In this document: piece by piece, positions 40,213-51,869 of the stretch
How positions within the stretch are numbered: the first letter of the stretch is position 1
How the letters are laid out: every line of letters starts with the position of its first letter
Origin: a virus
Virus record (IMG/VR): IMGVR_UViG_3300021963_008193
Span: 10,966 to 74,965 of that record
Direction: 5' to 3' (one strand)
Length of the DNA stretch: 64,000 bases
The notes under the pieces: model-generated
Told to the model about the DNA's origin: nothing
Database searches by the model: none
The model's input: only the letters and a program-made list of their open reading frames with translations
Program-made: the position numbers and the translations under genes

Positions 40213-43200
40213 ATGCCTAATATTAAAATATCACAACTTCCTTATGTCGGTAAAACGGGTTATACCTCTAACGACATAGTTCCTTTTGTTAGTTACATAA
40301 ATCCAACGGGTACTACAAGTGAAACTAAAATAGATGACATAAAAGATTATGTTTTAGACAATTCATTTGTACAAAACGTAATTAAAGTTGGTAAAGGTGG
40401 TGATGTTGATTTTACATCTTTAAATGATGCAATACAATCAATTACAGGTTCCTCAGATAGTAATAGGTTTACAATTCAAGTCGGACCTGGAGTATATGTT
40501 GAACCTCCAATGAGTTTAATTGGTAAAGAATACGTTAGTATAGTTGGTGATGATATATATTCGGTTGTTATTGTACCTGATAATCCATCAAATACTATAA
40601 TACGACTAGGTAATACGAGTTATATCTCATTTTTAACAATTAGTGGTGCAACTTCAGGGGTCGGTATTTCGTGTGATAACTTAGGAGGTTTTGCTTTAGT
40701 ACATAAAATATCAATGTACGATAATGATGTACAAATTACTGTAATCTCAACAGTTGATAATACACAATTTTATGGGGAATATATAGATTTAAATGGGTAC
40801 TATAGTTACGGTGTATATGTAATTGCACAGTCAAATTACCAAGCATTTGCTAATTTAGAAAATCACTTTAACTTCCCATCAGGAAACCCGACAATTGCAA
40901 ACTTTTGTCAAGGACAAAATTCTGTTTTGAGTTTTGATAGTGGTAGTGCGATTGGTGTTGGAGTACCTGGGTCAGTAGCCTTTTGGCTTGAAGACAGTTC
41001 TCAAATGACAATGTCCAATTCTAATATTGTAGGTTGGGATGTCGCAATTAGAATTGCAAATAATGGGGGTCCATCAACATTTGATATTGATGGGGTTAGT
41101 ATACGTGACTCGGTTACATATGATTTATCGGTTGACCACATTGATACTCAAGGAACTATACAAGGTAGTTTATCTCACCAGTTAATTAGTAACGTTTCAG
41201 AAAACGTTTATTGGGGTTTTTTAGACCATACGGATGGTGAGTTTGATATTACAAGAAAACTTTCAGTAACATTTAAAGACGGAACACACACTGATTTATC
41301 GACCTTAATTTTTGAAGGGGGTACAATGGGTGTTCTTGAGGGTGGTGTTATTACAATAGTAAGTGGACTTACTTTTAGTATTTCTGAGGGGTATGGATAT
41401 TTGGAAAGTATTATTGATAATGGTATTATCAAAAGATACGATTGGTTAGATACTCAACACACATTATTACCAAAACAAAACCAATACATTTATATTAATA
41501 ATAACGGAATTTTATCTAATTCAGGTACAAGACCAAACTCAATTTACAATATTGTACTTGGTAGAGTTGTAACAAATTCTACTAATATAATAATGATTGA
41601 CGCAAGTCCATTACAAGCATCGCATACTTCAAACTTATATGGTAATTTATTTAGAAACGCATTAGGACCAATTTATGACTCAGGCTCAATTGTAACTGAA
41701 AATAATACCGTTTACCATTTAGATGTTACAGGTGGGGATTATTACTACTCAACAAATGAATACTTACCAAGTGGTGGAACTGATATTACATTTACAATGT
41801 ATTATGGTGATGGCACTACAGGTTGGACAACCTCGGCAACAACTGAAGTCGTTAATGGATGGGATGATGGTAGCGGAACTATTGCTCCATTACCTACAAC
41901 AGGATTTACAAAACATACATTATATGTTGTTGGTGAAGGAATAAATGAACAATACTTTTTAGTTTTAGGTCAAGAGAAATATACAAGTTTAATTGAAACT
42001 GAAAATGGTTTATTACCGATTCCACCGACTTACTTTGAGGACTCGGTGACTCAGATTGCGTCTATTTATATACAACAAGGACAACCAAGTATTGTTCAGA
42101 TTGAGGATATTAGACCTGTAATTGGTTTTAAAGCAGGTGGAGTAAACGCATCTTCATTACACGCCAATTTATTAGGATTGAGTGCGGATGACCACACACA
42201 ATATCTTTTAGTTGATGGTGGTAGAGCTATGGAAGGTGACCTTGATATGGGTGGTAACGACATACTAAATGTTGATAGGATTCTAAGTGATAACGTAACA
42301 TCAACAAGTGTATCTGCAACAACTTATTATAATTTACCTATTGACCCTGATACATATGTTACAGGTTTTACATATAATAACAACGTTTTCACGGTAAAAC
42401 AAAACAATGGTCAACCTGATTTGACCGCGGTTATTAATTCAGTAACAGGATGGACAGTTAATGGTAATTTAACCGTAACAGGTGATACATCAGTACAAGG
42501 ATTAACCGCAACAACAATCTCCGCAACAACTTATCAGAACTTGCCTGTTGACCCTAATACATTTGTTACGGCATTTACCTACAATAACAATGTTTTCACT
42601 TTAAAACAAAATAATGGACAACCTGATTTAAGTACAACAATTAATACTGTGACGGGGTTAACAGTTAATGGTGATTTAACTGTAACAGGAAATACATCAA
42701 TGAAGTCAGTTACTGCGACAACAGTAAGTGCATCAACCGTAACTATACAATCAACAAATGTTCCACCAACTCCAACCGTTTCAACACCATTCATTGACAA
42801 TTATGATAGGGTAACTTTATCCCCAGGAGGGACACCATCTTTAACGTATACGAATACAAATACAGGTGGAGGAAATTCTACAATAGTAACAAATTATTTA
42901 AACTTAAATAATGGAACTCCTGCGGGTCAGTCGTACACAACGGTCCCACTTTCAGGATTTGGTTCACCATTTAACCCAACGTTATCTAGTAATAACCCAT
43001 TATCCACAATTGAATGGACTTTCAATTTAAGGACTAATAGAGCCGCAATATTTGCGGGATTTGGGGCTTCCTCATACGGTGGAGCGGTAGTGTTAGTAGG
43101 GTCAAACACTAACTTACAAAGTGCGGGTAGTGGTTACGCATTAGTCTATGGTACGACAGGTACACGAAATTGGAAACTTGTTAAATATAATAATGGTCTT

Positions 43201-44106
43201 GCGGGAACTCAAACAGATATCATTACTGGTGGACTTTTCTCAGGTAACACAAATTATGTCAGTGCTAGAATTTTATATACACCATCAACAAATACTTGGT
43301 CGTATTATTTTAGAGATGATGGACCAACTGCTTGGGCGGACCCAACCACAACTAATACATTAATAGGTTCTGCAGTTGATAGCACATACACCTCAACACT
43401 TATGAGTGTTTTTGGAGTATTTTTTAACTACTCCACCGCGGCATCACAAAATTTACAATTTGATAATTTAAGGGTACAACAAAGTATAACCCCTAGTGCA
43501 TCTACCGTAGATTCGGTAGTGGTAAAAAATTATGTAGGTAGTGAGGTCTTCAAAGTAAAAGATGACGGTACAACAACTATGTCAGGGACTGTAACTTCAT
43601 CAATAGGGTTCTTTGGTTCTTTTTCAGGTACTCACTTAGGTAATGGAAGTTCCTTAACTTTAGGTCAATCAGGTGTAATGGTTACAGGTACGACCGCGTT
43701 AACTGTTACAAATGCAACAACCGCGTTGACTTTAATTCCAGGTTTATCAACAACAATTACAGTTTCGGGTCAAACCATGGTTTATATACAAACAAACGGT
43801 GGAGTCAATACTACTGCAACAACATCTACGGGTGGTTCGGCCTTAGATATTGGAATTTTAGTTGATGGTGCGGTATTAGCCGCAGGGGGGTATCAGAGAA
43901 TATACGCCGACAACCCAACGGCAAATGCAACAGTTACCAACTGGGTAGCCAATTGGAATACTTCGGTACTACTTACTTTAGCGGCGGGTTCACATACTAT
44001 TGAGGTAGATGCCGTTTATGTTGCAGGTTCTACCGCAACTGTTAGTGGTGGTAGTGGGGCAATAAAACAAGGTACATTATCAGTAATGGTTTTAAAAAGT
44101 AATTAA
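40213..44106 (+). CDS. Tail fibre/spike-like protein with pectin-lyase-like beta-helix
   Basis: MPNIKISQLP; VGK...DFTSLNDAI....I.VGPGVY.E beta-helix cap; DDHTQYL motif; 69-aa internal duplication with a 207-nt period near 42313/42520. Confidence 0.7.
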   Translation: MPNIKISQLPYVGKTGYTSNDIVPFVSYINPTGTTSETKIDDIKDYVLDNSFVQNVIKVGKGGDVDFTSLNDAIQSITGSSDSNRFTIQVGPGVYVEPPMSLIGKEYVSIVGDDIYSVVIVPDNPSNTIIRLGNTSYISFLTISGATSGVGISCDNLGGFALVHKISMYDNDVQITVISTVDNTQFYGEYIDLNGYYSYGVYVIAQSNYQAFANLENHFNFPSGNPTIANFCQGQNSVLSFDSGSAIGVGVPGSVAFWLEDSSQMTMSNSNIVGWDVAIRIANNGGPSTFDIDGVSIRDSVTYDLSVDHIDTQGTIQGSLSHQLISNVSENVYWGFLDHTDGEFDITRKLSVTFKDGTHTDLSTLIFEGGTMGVLEGGVITIVSGLTFSISEGYGYLESIIDNGIIKRYDWLDTQHTLLPKQNQYIYINNNGILSNSGTRPNSIYNIVLGRVVTNSTNIIMIDASPLQASHTSNLYGNLFRNALGPIYDSGSIVTENNTVYHLDVTGGDYYYSTNEYLPSGGTDITFTMYYGDGTTGWTTSATTEVVNGWDDGSGTIAPLPTTGFTKHTLYVVGEGINEQYFLVLGQEKYTSLIETENGLLPIPPTYFEDSVTQIASIYIQQGQPSIVQIEDIRPVIGFKAGGVNASSLHANLLGLSADDHTQYLLVDGGRAMEGDLDMGGNDILNVDRILSDNVTSTSVSATTYYNLPIDPDTYVTGFTYNNNVFTVKQNNGQPDLTAVINSVTGWTVNGNLTVTGDTSVQGLTATTISATTYQNLPVDPNTFVTAFTYNNNVFTLKQNNGQPDLSTTINTVTGLTVNGDLTVTGNTSMKSVTATTVSASTVTIQSTNVPPTPTVSTPFIDNYDRVTLSPGGTPSLTYTNTNTGGGNSTIVTNYLNLNNGTPAGQSYTTVPLSGFGSPFNPTLSSNNPLSTIEWTFNLRTNRAAIFAGFGASSYGGAVVLVGSNTNLQSAGSGYALVYGTTGTRNWKLVKYNNGLAGTQTDIITGGLFSGNTNYVSARILYTPSTNTWSYYFRDDGPTAWADPTTTNTLIGSAVDSTYTSTLMSVFGVFFNYSTAASQNLQFDNLRVQQSITPSASTVDSVVVKNYVGSEVFKVKDDGTTTMSGTVTSSIGFFGSFSGTHLGNGSSLTLGQSGVMVTGTTALTVTNATTALTLIPGLSTTITVSGQTMVYIQTNGGVNTTATTSTGGSALDIGILVDGAVLAAGGYQRIYADNPTANATVTNWVANWNTSVLLTLAAGSHTIEVDAVYVAGSTATVSGGSGAIKQGTLSVMVLKSN

Positions 44107-44107
44107 T

Positions 44108-44479
44108 ATGAATTATACAGATTGGAACGGATTAATAATAACCCTTTTTCAAAATGGGTCTGAATTAAATAAAAATTTAATTATGAGGGTCGACATTGAG
44201 AAGATGAATAATTTAATAGTTAAAACGTTATTAATTGATGTTTTATCTATGATGACATCCGAAAATTTAAAAACACAAACTAACTCAGATTTAACCTCAA
44301 ATTGTAACAATTGGGATGAGATGAGTTTGTCTTTATTTTTAGATAATGTTTTATATGGAAATATTATTTTAAATAGAATAGAATTTACAAGTAACTTGAT
44401 AGACTCAAATGATTTTTTATATAATAAATTTATAGAATTATCAGGGATAGTAATAAGTGATACTCAAATAACAAATTAA
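44108..44479 (+). CDS. Hypothetical protein, possible fibre chaperone
   Basis: Directly follows the fibre gene; function inferred from position only. Confidence 0.4.
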   Translation: MNYTDWNGLIITLFQNGSELNKNLIMRVDIEKMNNLIVKTLLIDVLSMMTSENLKTQTNSDLTSNCNNWDEMSLSLFLDNVLYGNIILNRIEFTSNLIDSNDFLYNKFIELSGIVISDTQITN

Positions 44480-44516
44480 ATTTATGTGTTAAGAACACCA
44501 TTTTTACTATTAAATA

Positions 44517-47500
44517 ATGATTGAAATAACAGGGGCAACGGGCTCAGGGCCATATGATATTATTATATGTGACATTACGTTGACATATTGTTACCCCGTT
44601 GCTTATTCTGTCTCAATTCCACCAACATATTACGCAACAATTCCATCTGAACTTGAGGGGGTTACTCAAGTTGCGGTTCAATTAATTGATTCTTTAGGTT
44701 GTCCTTGCGTTCAGATATGTGATTGTCCAATACCGTCAGTTACACCAACGTTAACACCTACGGTTACGCCGACAATGATTGTTGAATGCAATTGTATTAC
44801 ATTTGAAAACACTTTATCGGACCCACAAGATTATACATATACAAATTGTGATGGAACTGTGATTTACGGTTCTATTTATGGTGAAACTTCACTTTATGTT
44901 TGTGGTAAATTACCAAGTACAAATAGTGAATATGTTAATATAACAATCTCTTCATTTTGTGTTGGAGGTTCTTGTCCTCCACCAACACAAACACCAACAC
45001 CAAGTATCACCCCAACAAATAGTTTACCACCAATTACTGGTATTTTTGAAGACTGTTGTGACCCAACAAATATAATGGCTATTACAACAATACCATTTAG
45101 TTTTTATCCTTTATCAGGAGTTTATTACGTTGAGAGTTCAGGATTTAATGGTTGTGTGAATTTATTAACAACAACATTCTATGATAATGTTTATACTTAT
45201 GTTGACGCAACAACCTTTATTGATTGTATGGATTGTCAAATATCATACCCATGCTCAACTCCTACACCAACAATGACCCCAACTAATACCACAACCCCTA
45301 CATTTACACCGACAAATACCCCAACAATGACAGAAAGTCCTACACCGACACTTACTCAAACTATTTCACCAACAATAACTCCTACAAATACAATTACCCC
45401 AACGTTAACTCCTACAATAACCCCAACAAATACATTAACCGTTACTCCAACTAATACAATTACTCCAACTAATACTATCACACCTACAAATACGATTACA
45501 CCAACTAATACTATCACACCAACCCATACAATTACCCCAACAAATACTATCACACCTACAAATACTATCACACCTACAGTAACTCCAAGTATTTCATTGA
45601 CACCTACTCAAACAGTGACACAAACCCCAACTCAAACCATAACCCCTACTATTTCATTAACACCAACTAAAACTGTAACACCAACAATAACTGCGACTAT
45701 TTCATTAACACCAACTAAAACTGTAACACCAACAATTTCATTAACACCAACTAATACTATTACCCCAACAATAACTCCTACAAATACGATTACGCCTACT
45801 CAGACTATTACACCTACAAATACTATTACACCAACTCAGACTATTACACCAACTCAAACTGTAACACCATCAATAACACCTACAATATCATTATCACCTA
45901 GAAATACCTCAACGCCTACTCAAACTATTACTCCAACCGTTACTCCGACAATTTCGTTAACACCAACGATTTCGTTAACGCCAACACAAACCCCAACTAA
46001 AACTACGACCCCTACAATTTCGTTAACACCAACACAAACTCCGACTAAAACTACAACCCCTACAATTTCATTAACCCCGACACAAACTATAACGCCAACA
46101 GTTACCCCTACAATTTCACTAACTCCAACTATTTCATTAACTCCGACAAGAACAATTACACCAACTGTAACCCCAACTATTTCATTAACTCCAACTAATA
46201 CAAATACTCCAACAATAACACCTGCTCGTACATCAACCCCAACTCAAACAATTACCCCAACAAATACTTTAACACCTACTAATACAGGTACTCCTGGTGT
46301 TTCTGTAACTCCTACAATTTCATTAACTCCAACACAAACTATAACACCGACAGTTACTCCTACAATTTCATTAACTCCAACACAAACTATAACACCGACA
46401 GTTACCCCTACAATTTCATTAACTCCAACACAAACTATAACACCGACAGTTACCCCTACAATTTCATTAAGTCCAACAATATCACTAACACCTACGATTT
46501 CATTAACTCCAACCAATACCCCAACTAAAACTGTTACACCAAGTATCACATTGACACCGACAAATACAAATACTCCGACAATGACAATTACACCAACTGT
46601 TACACCTACAATTTCATTAACTCCAACTAATACAAATACACCGACTCAAACACCAACTAAAACTACAACACCAACTATCTCATTAACACCTACAATATCC
46701 TTAACGCCAACGATTTCGTTAACTCCAACTCAGACTATAACTCAAACAGTAACACCTACGATTTCATTAACTCCAACAATATCCTTAACGCCAACTAACA
46801 CTCAGACACCAACTAACACGCCTGCACGTACATCAACCCCAACACAAACATTAACTCCAACAGTGACTCCAACAATATCCTTAACGCCAACGATTTCATT
46901 AACACCAACAATTTCATTAACCCCTACTCAAACAATAACGCCAACTAATAAATCACACCGACAGTTACACCTACAATTTCATTAACACCAACTAATACGG
47001 GAACACCAGGAAATTCTGCAACACCAACACAAACATTAACCCCTACCCAAACTCCGACTAAAACCGTGACACCAACGATTTCATTAACACCGACTCAAAC
47101 ATCTACAGTAACTATTACTCCAACAATTTCATTAACACCAACACAAACTCCGACTAAAACTGTTACACCAACAATATCATTAACTCCAACCCAAACAATT
47201 ACCCCAACTGTTACACCGACAATTTCATTAACCCCTACAATATCGTTAACTCCAACCCAAACAATTACCCCAACTGTTACACCTACAATTTCATTAACTC
47301 CAACTAATACAAATACACCGACTCAAACACCAACTAAAACTACAACACCAACTATCTCATTAACACCTACAATATCCTTAACCCCAACTAGAACTATTAC
47401 GCCTACAATATCGTTAACACCGACTCAAACACCAACTAAAACTACAACACCTACAATTTCGTTAACTCCAACGATTTCATTAACTCCTACAATTTCGTTA

Positions 47501-48316
47501 ACTCCAACGATTTCATTAACTCCAACTATAACCCCAACACCAACTATAACTCAAACACCAACAAAAACAGTAACACCAAGTGTTAGTAATAAACCTACTG
47601 ACACACCTGCGGTAACTCCTACAATTTCGTTAACACCAACCATAACACCAACAAAAACTGTTACTCCGACCATAACACCAACAAAAACTGTTACTCCGAC
47701 CATAACACCAACAAAAACTGTTACTCCGACCATAACACCAACTCCAAGTGCAACATGTCTTACTTATCGTTTAACGGCGGGTAAAACTAATGCCACTTTC
47801 ACATTCACACCTTGTTGTGGGGAACCAACAACATCACCTGTAACACTTGTAAGTACTGATAGTATTGACGTTTGCTCAACAACATTACCAACAACTGCAA
47901 ATCCTGGAGCAACGATAGTTGGACTGAATACCCCATGTACATTATGTAATGATGCGATAGTGGCGATTAATTATAGAACGTCTAATAGTGGAACAACCAC
48001 AAGCCAAACAGGAACTTTAAGTTACACATTAAATGGGGGGTCACCTATAGTGATAAGTTCAATACTACGGTCAAATTTAGGGACAAATTATGTTGGTTTT
48101 ACTCCTATTACATGTAATTATGGTGACGTTTTAGTATTTAATTTTTCAGCAAATGTTGGTGGGGATAATTCATGGGGTGTTGGTAACTTAGGACCATATA
48201 ATAATATTGGATGTTTTACGGCAAACGATTACACCTATACCGTGACATCAACAGGTCTTACTAATCTATACTTCAACATTACTTCCCAAAATACCATATG
48301 GGGGGCAACTTGTTAA
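44517..48316 (+). CDS. Mucin-like Thr/Pro-repeat protein with Cys-rich ends, about 1266 aa if joined; split by a 1-nt frameshift near 46950
   Basis: Track ORFs 44517-46985 and 47066-48316 share [12 protein letters not shown] repeats. Adding one C at AAT-A[C]A-ATC (46950/46951) restores [15 protein letters not shown] and a single frame. Confidence 0.8.
45255..47750 (+). repeat. Degenerate ~18-nt coding repeats (TPTxxx hexapeptides)
   Basis: About 2.5 kb of ACN-CCN-ACN units. Confidence 0.95.
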
Positions 48317-48375
48317 TTTAAGTAATCTATTTATTTTAAACGAAAACAAATTACTTTTTTCATAAAAAAAGAAGT

Positions 48376-49623
48376 ATGAGAATATTTGTGCAAATCGCAT
48401 CCTACAGGGACCCCCAATTATTACCGACAATAAAAAATATGTTTGAAAATGCTAAGAAACCTAAAAATTTGGTTTTAAGTATTTGTAGACAATATCATCC
48501 TGAAGATGGTTTTGATAATCTTGATGAATACAGAGATGATGATAGATTTAGAATTATTGATATTTTATATTCGGAATCAAAAGGAGTATGTTGGGCAAGA
48601 AATTTAACACAACAACAATATCAAGGTGAGGAATACACTTTACAGATTGACTCTCATATGAGATTTGAAAAGAATTGGGACGATACCCTAATAAAAATGA
48701 TTAAACAACTTCAAAAGAAAGGATTTGAGAAACCATTATTAACAGGTTATGTTTCTTCTTTTGACCCCGATAATGACCCGCAAGGAAGAATCCAAGAACC
48801 ATGGAGAATGGTATTTGATAGATTTATTCCTGAAGGTGCGGTTTTCTTTTTACCTGAAACAATACCAGGGTGGAAAGAAATGAAAGAACCTGTAACCGCA
48901 AGATTTTATTCTGCTCACTTCGCGTTTACAATAGGTAAATTCAGTGAAGAGGTTCAACACGACCCTGAATTTTATTTTCATGGTGAAGAAATTTCAATTG
49001 CCGCAAGAGCTTACACTCATGGGTATGATTTATTCCACCCACATAAAGTAGTGATTTGGCACGAATATACTCGTAAAGGTAGGACCAAGCAATGGGATGA
49101 TGATAAAGAATGGGTTAAGAAAAATGATGTGTCTCATGCCAAAAATAGACAACTATTCGGAATGGATGATGAGGAAGTTACATTAGAATTTGGTAAATAC
49201 GGTTTTGGAACTGAAAGAACATTAAAAGAATATGAAATTTATTCAGGGTTGAGGTTTTCAAGAAGAGCGGTTCAACAATATACTTTAGATAAATTATACC
49301 CACCAAACCCTCAGGTTTTTGATACTGAAGAAGAATGGGAAAATAGTTTTGCGAGTATCTTTAAACATTGTATCGATGTTGGATTTTACCAAGTCCCTGA
49401 AAAAGATTATGAGTTTTGGGTAGTAGCGTTCCATGACGAAAATGACGAAACCATTTTTAGAAAAGATGCTGACATACATGAGATTAATCGAATGATGACA
49501 GACCCTGATGGGTATTGTAAAGTATGGAGAGATTTCCAAACAACACATAAACCAAAATATTGGGTAATATGGCCTTATAGTACATCAAAAGGTTGGTGTG
49601 AAAGATTAACAGGAAATTTATAA
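48376..49623 (+). CDS. GT60-family polypeptide N-acetylglucosaminyltransferase-like (Gnt1/OGNT type)
   Basis: IFVQIASYRDP, S.GVCWAR, Y.GE.Y.LQIDSHMRF..NWD, SAHFAF and F.GEEI....RA.THGYD motifs. Confidence 0.88.
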   Translation: MRIFVQIASYRDPQLLPTIKNMFENAKKPKNLVLSICRQYHPEDGFDNLDEYRDDDRFRIIDILYSESKGVCWARNLTQQQYQGEEYTLQIDSHMRFEKNWDDTLIKMIKQLQKKGFEKPLLTGYVSSFDPDNDPQGRIQEPWRMVFDRFIPEGAVFFLPETIPGWKEMKEPVTARFYSAHFAFTIGKFSEEVQHDPEFYFHGEEISIAARAYTHGYDLFHPHKVVIWHEYTRKGRTKQWDDDKEWVKKNDVSHAKNRQLFGMDDEEVTLEFGKYGFGTERTLKEYEIYSGLRFSRRAVQQYTLDKLYPPNPQVFDTEEEWENSFASIFKHCIDVGFYQVPEKDYEFWVVAFHDENDETIFRKDADIHEINRMMTDPDGYCKVWRDFQTTHKPKYWVIWPYSTSKGWCERLTGNL

Positions 49624-49627
49624 TTAT

Positions 49628-50299
49628 ATGAACACATTTAATTTACCAGAGTTAGAAACTCTAATTTACGAAAAAACAAATAGTTTTATTATCATTGGGG
49701 CCTTTGATGGGGAAAGTCATGATAATTTTTTTACTAAAATACAAGAAAAACCAAATAAAAATAACAATACGATAATTTTTGTAGAGCCCGTAGAAAAGTA
49801 CTACAACGAGTTAACAAAAAAAGTTAGTTCATTGGTTAATTATAACGTTATATGTGAGAACACGGCAATTTCAGATAAAGTTGAGTCTATTGAAATGGTT
49901 TCTGTTAAACCTAATTTATTGGATAAATACGGTTGGTATATAGAAGGGTGTGCGTGTGTTGTTGAGAACAATACCCCGTTAAATATCTACATGAAAGAGG
50001 TAGAGGAAATCGACATTGATAGAGAAGAAATTACAACTATTACGTTTAATGATTTATTATTTAAACATGGTTTACCTACCATCGATTTTTTACAAATTGA
50101 TACTGAAGGTTATGATGAAAGAATTTTAAATACCATTAATTTTGAATCATTGAACATCAAATTTATAAAATTTGAAAGACATTATTTAAGTGAAGGATTC
50201 ATCGAGGTCTTTATAAATAAATTAGAGGTACTTGATTATTCATATTATTGGGACAATGATAATTACTACTTTGTTAAAAATTCAATTATTAATGGCTAA
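49628..50299 (+). CDS. FkbM-family methyltransferase
   Basis: IGAFDG, FVEP, NTAISD and IDFLQIDTEGYD motifs. Confidence 0.88.
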   Translation: MNTFNLPELETLIYEKTNSFIIIGAFDGESHDNFFTKIQEKPNKNNNTIIFVEPVEKYYNELTKKVSSLVNYNVICENTAISDKVESIEMVSVKPNLLDKYGWYIEGCACVVENNTPLNIYMKEVEEIDIDREEITTITFNDLLFKHGLPTIDFLQIDTEGYDERILNTINFESLNIKFIKFERHYLSEGFIEVFINKLEVLDYSYYWDNDNYYFVKNSIING

Positions 50300-51869
50300 T
50301 ATATCTTTTTACGGTTCACATAACTCTTCCGTTGTTGTTGAGAACAATGGTAAAATATTAACGGTTATTGAAGTTGAGCGTTTTTTAAACGTTAAAAATG
50401 CGGGGTATGGACAATATCTAACTTCCAATACAAGATTCTTTTTAATAAATGAAATTTTAAAATATATTAAGAACGAATATGGTATAAGTGAATTTGAAAC
50501 TTGTTACTACTCTAATACAGATACAATTGAAGGCCCTACTAAGGTTCATTATGAAAAAATGATACCCGCTAAAAATTATGTAAATGTTTTACACCATCTG
50601 TCTCACGCGGCTTGTGCGTTTTACCAATCAAAATATAATGAAGGGTTAATTGTTTCATTTGATGGTGGTGGTAGTGATGGGTTTTTTAACATATATCACG
50701 CAAAGAATCGAGATGAAATTATTTTAATTGATAAATTTAATATTGATTTAGGGTTTGCATATATGTCATTTGGTGATTACTTAAACGATATAAGACAGGA
50801 GCCTGCATTAAACATTGGTAATTTAGTTTATTCAGGTAAAATAATGGGATTATGTTCTTATGGTACAATTAACGAAATGTGGTTACCTTATTTTGAGAAA
50901 TATTATAGAGCAAAACCTGATGGTTTAAATTATTTAGAATTATTAAATCAATTAGGTGAAGAAACTGGTTTAATATTTAATCGTAATGATAGGTTAACAG
51001 GTCAAACATCTTGGGACGTTGCTAAGACTTCACAAATCGCTTTTGAAAATGTTTTTATGGAGATAATAACTCCATTCTTAGAAATGTTTCCTAAATTACC
51101 TTTATTATTAACGGGGGGTTGTGCTTTAAATATTTTACTAAATACAAAATTATATCATGAATTAGAAAGAGATGTATTTGTCCCGCCAAATCCAAATGAC
51201 TGTGGGATGGCTTCAGGTATGATTTTATTACATATGAAACCTAAAGAGGTTATTGATTTAACGTATTCAGGGATTCCAATTTTAGATAAAAATACATTAA
51301 TGATGATTTCCGAAAATCAATATAATACCACCCCAATAGATACCGACACAGTTGTTAATGATTTAGTTTCAGGTAAAATTATTGGTGTTGTTAGAGGAAA
51401 CTCGGAGCATGGACCAAGAGCTTTGGGGAATAGAAGTATAATTTGTGACCCATCTCACCCTGATATGAAAGACATACTAAATACCAAAGTTAAAAATAGA
51501 GAGTGGTATCGACCATTCGCACCTGTTTGTAGATTAGAAGATGTTTCTAAATACTTTAAATTTAGTGGTGAAAGTAGATGGATGAGTTTTTGTCCTGAAG
51601 TACGAGAGGAATGGAGGGAAAAATTAACCTCAATAACACATATTGATGGGACCGCTAGAGTTCAAACAGTAACCAAAGAAGAAAATGAATGGTTATATAA
51701 TTTAATAACCGAATTTGAAAAGGTTTCAGGAATTGGGGTTCTTCTAAACACATCATTTAACGTTAATGGTAAACCAATATTATCAACCTATAAAGACGCG
51801 TTACATGTATTTAAAACCACACAAATGGATAAACTAATATTGGAAGATTATTACATAATTAACAAATGA
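50292..51869 (+). CDS. O-carbamoyltransferase (NodU/CmcH family)
   Basis: HHLSHA, DGGG, GKIMGL, GGCALN, EHGPRALGNRS, RE.YRPFAP, TARVQTV and LLNTSFN motifs. Start moved to ATG 50292. Confidence 0.93.
   Translation: MANISFYGSHNSSVVVENNGKILTVIEVERFLNVKNAGYGQYLTSNTRFFLINEILKYIKNEYGISEFETCYYSNTDTIEGPTKVHYEKMIPAKNYVNVLHHLSHAACAFYQSKYNEGLIVSFDGGGSDGFFNIYHAKNRDEIILIDKFNIDLGFAYMSFGDYLNDIRQEPALNIGNLVYSGKIMGLCSYGTINEMWLPYFEKYYRAKPDGLNYLELLNQLGEETGLIFNRNDRLTGQTSWDVAKTSQIAFENVFMEIITPFLEMFPKLPLLLTGGCALNILLNTKLYHELERDVFVPPNPNDCGMASGMILLHMKPKEVIDLTYSGIPILDKNTLMMISENQYNTTPIDTDTVVNDLVSGKIIGVVRGNSEHGPRALGNRSIICDPSHPDMKDILNTKVKNREWYRPFAPVCRLEDVSKYFKFSGESRWMSFCPEVREEWREKLTSITHIDGTARVQTVTKEENEWLYNLITEFEKVSGIGVLLNTSFNVNGKPILSTYKDALHVFKTTQMDKLILEDYYIINK

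Noticed and set aside
37975-47733. Minus-strand Val/Gly-rich or Cys/Arg-rich ORFs (37975, 38313, 45356, 46244, 47551; also 9072)
   Set aside because: Antisense shadows of the Thr/Pro repeats.
45255-47750. Diversity-generating retroelement template/variable repeats
   Set aside because: No reverse transcriptase in the window; differences look synonymous rather than adenine-specific.
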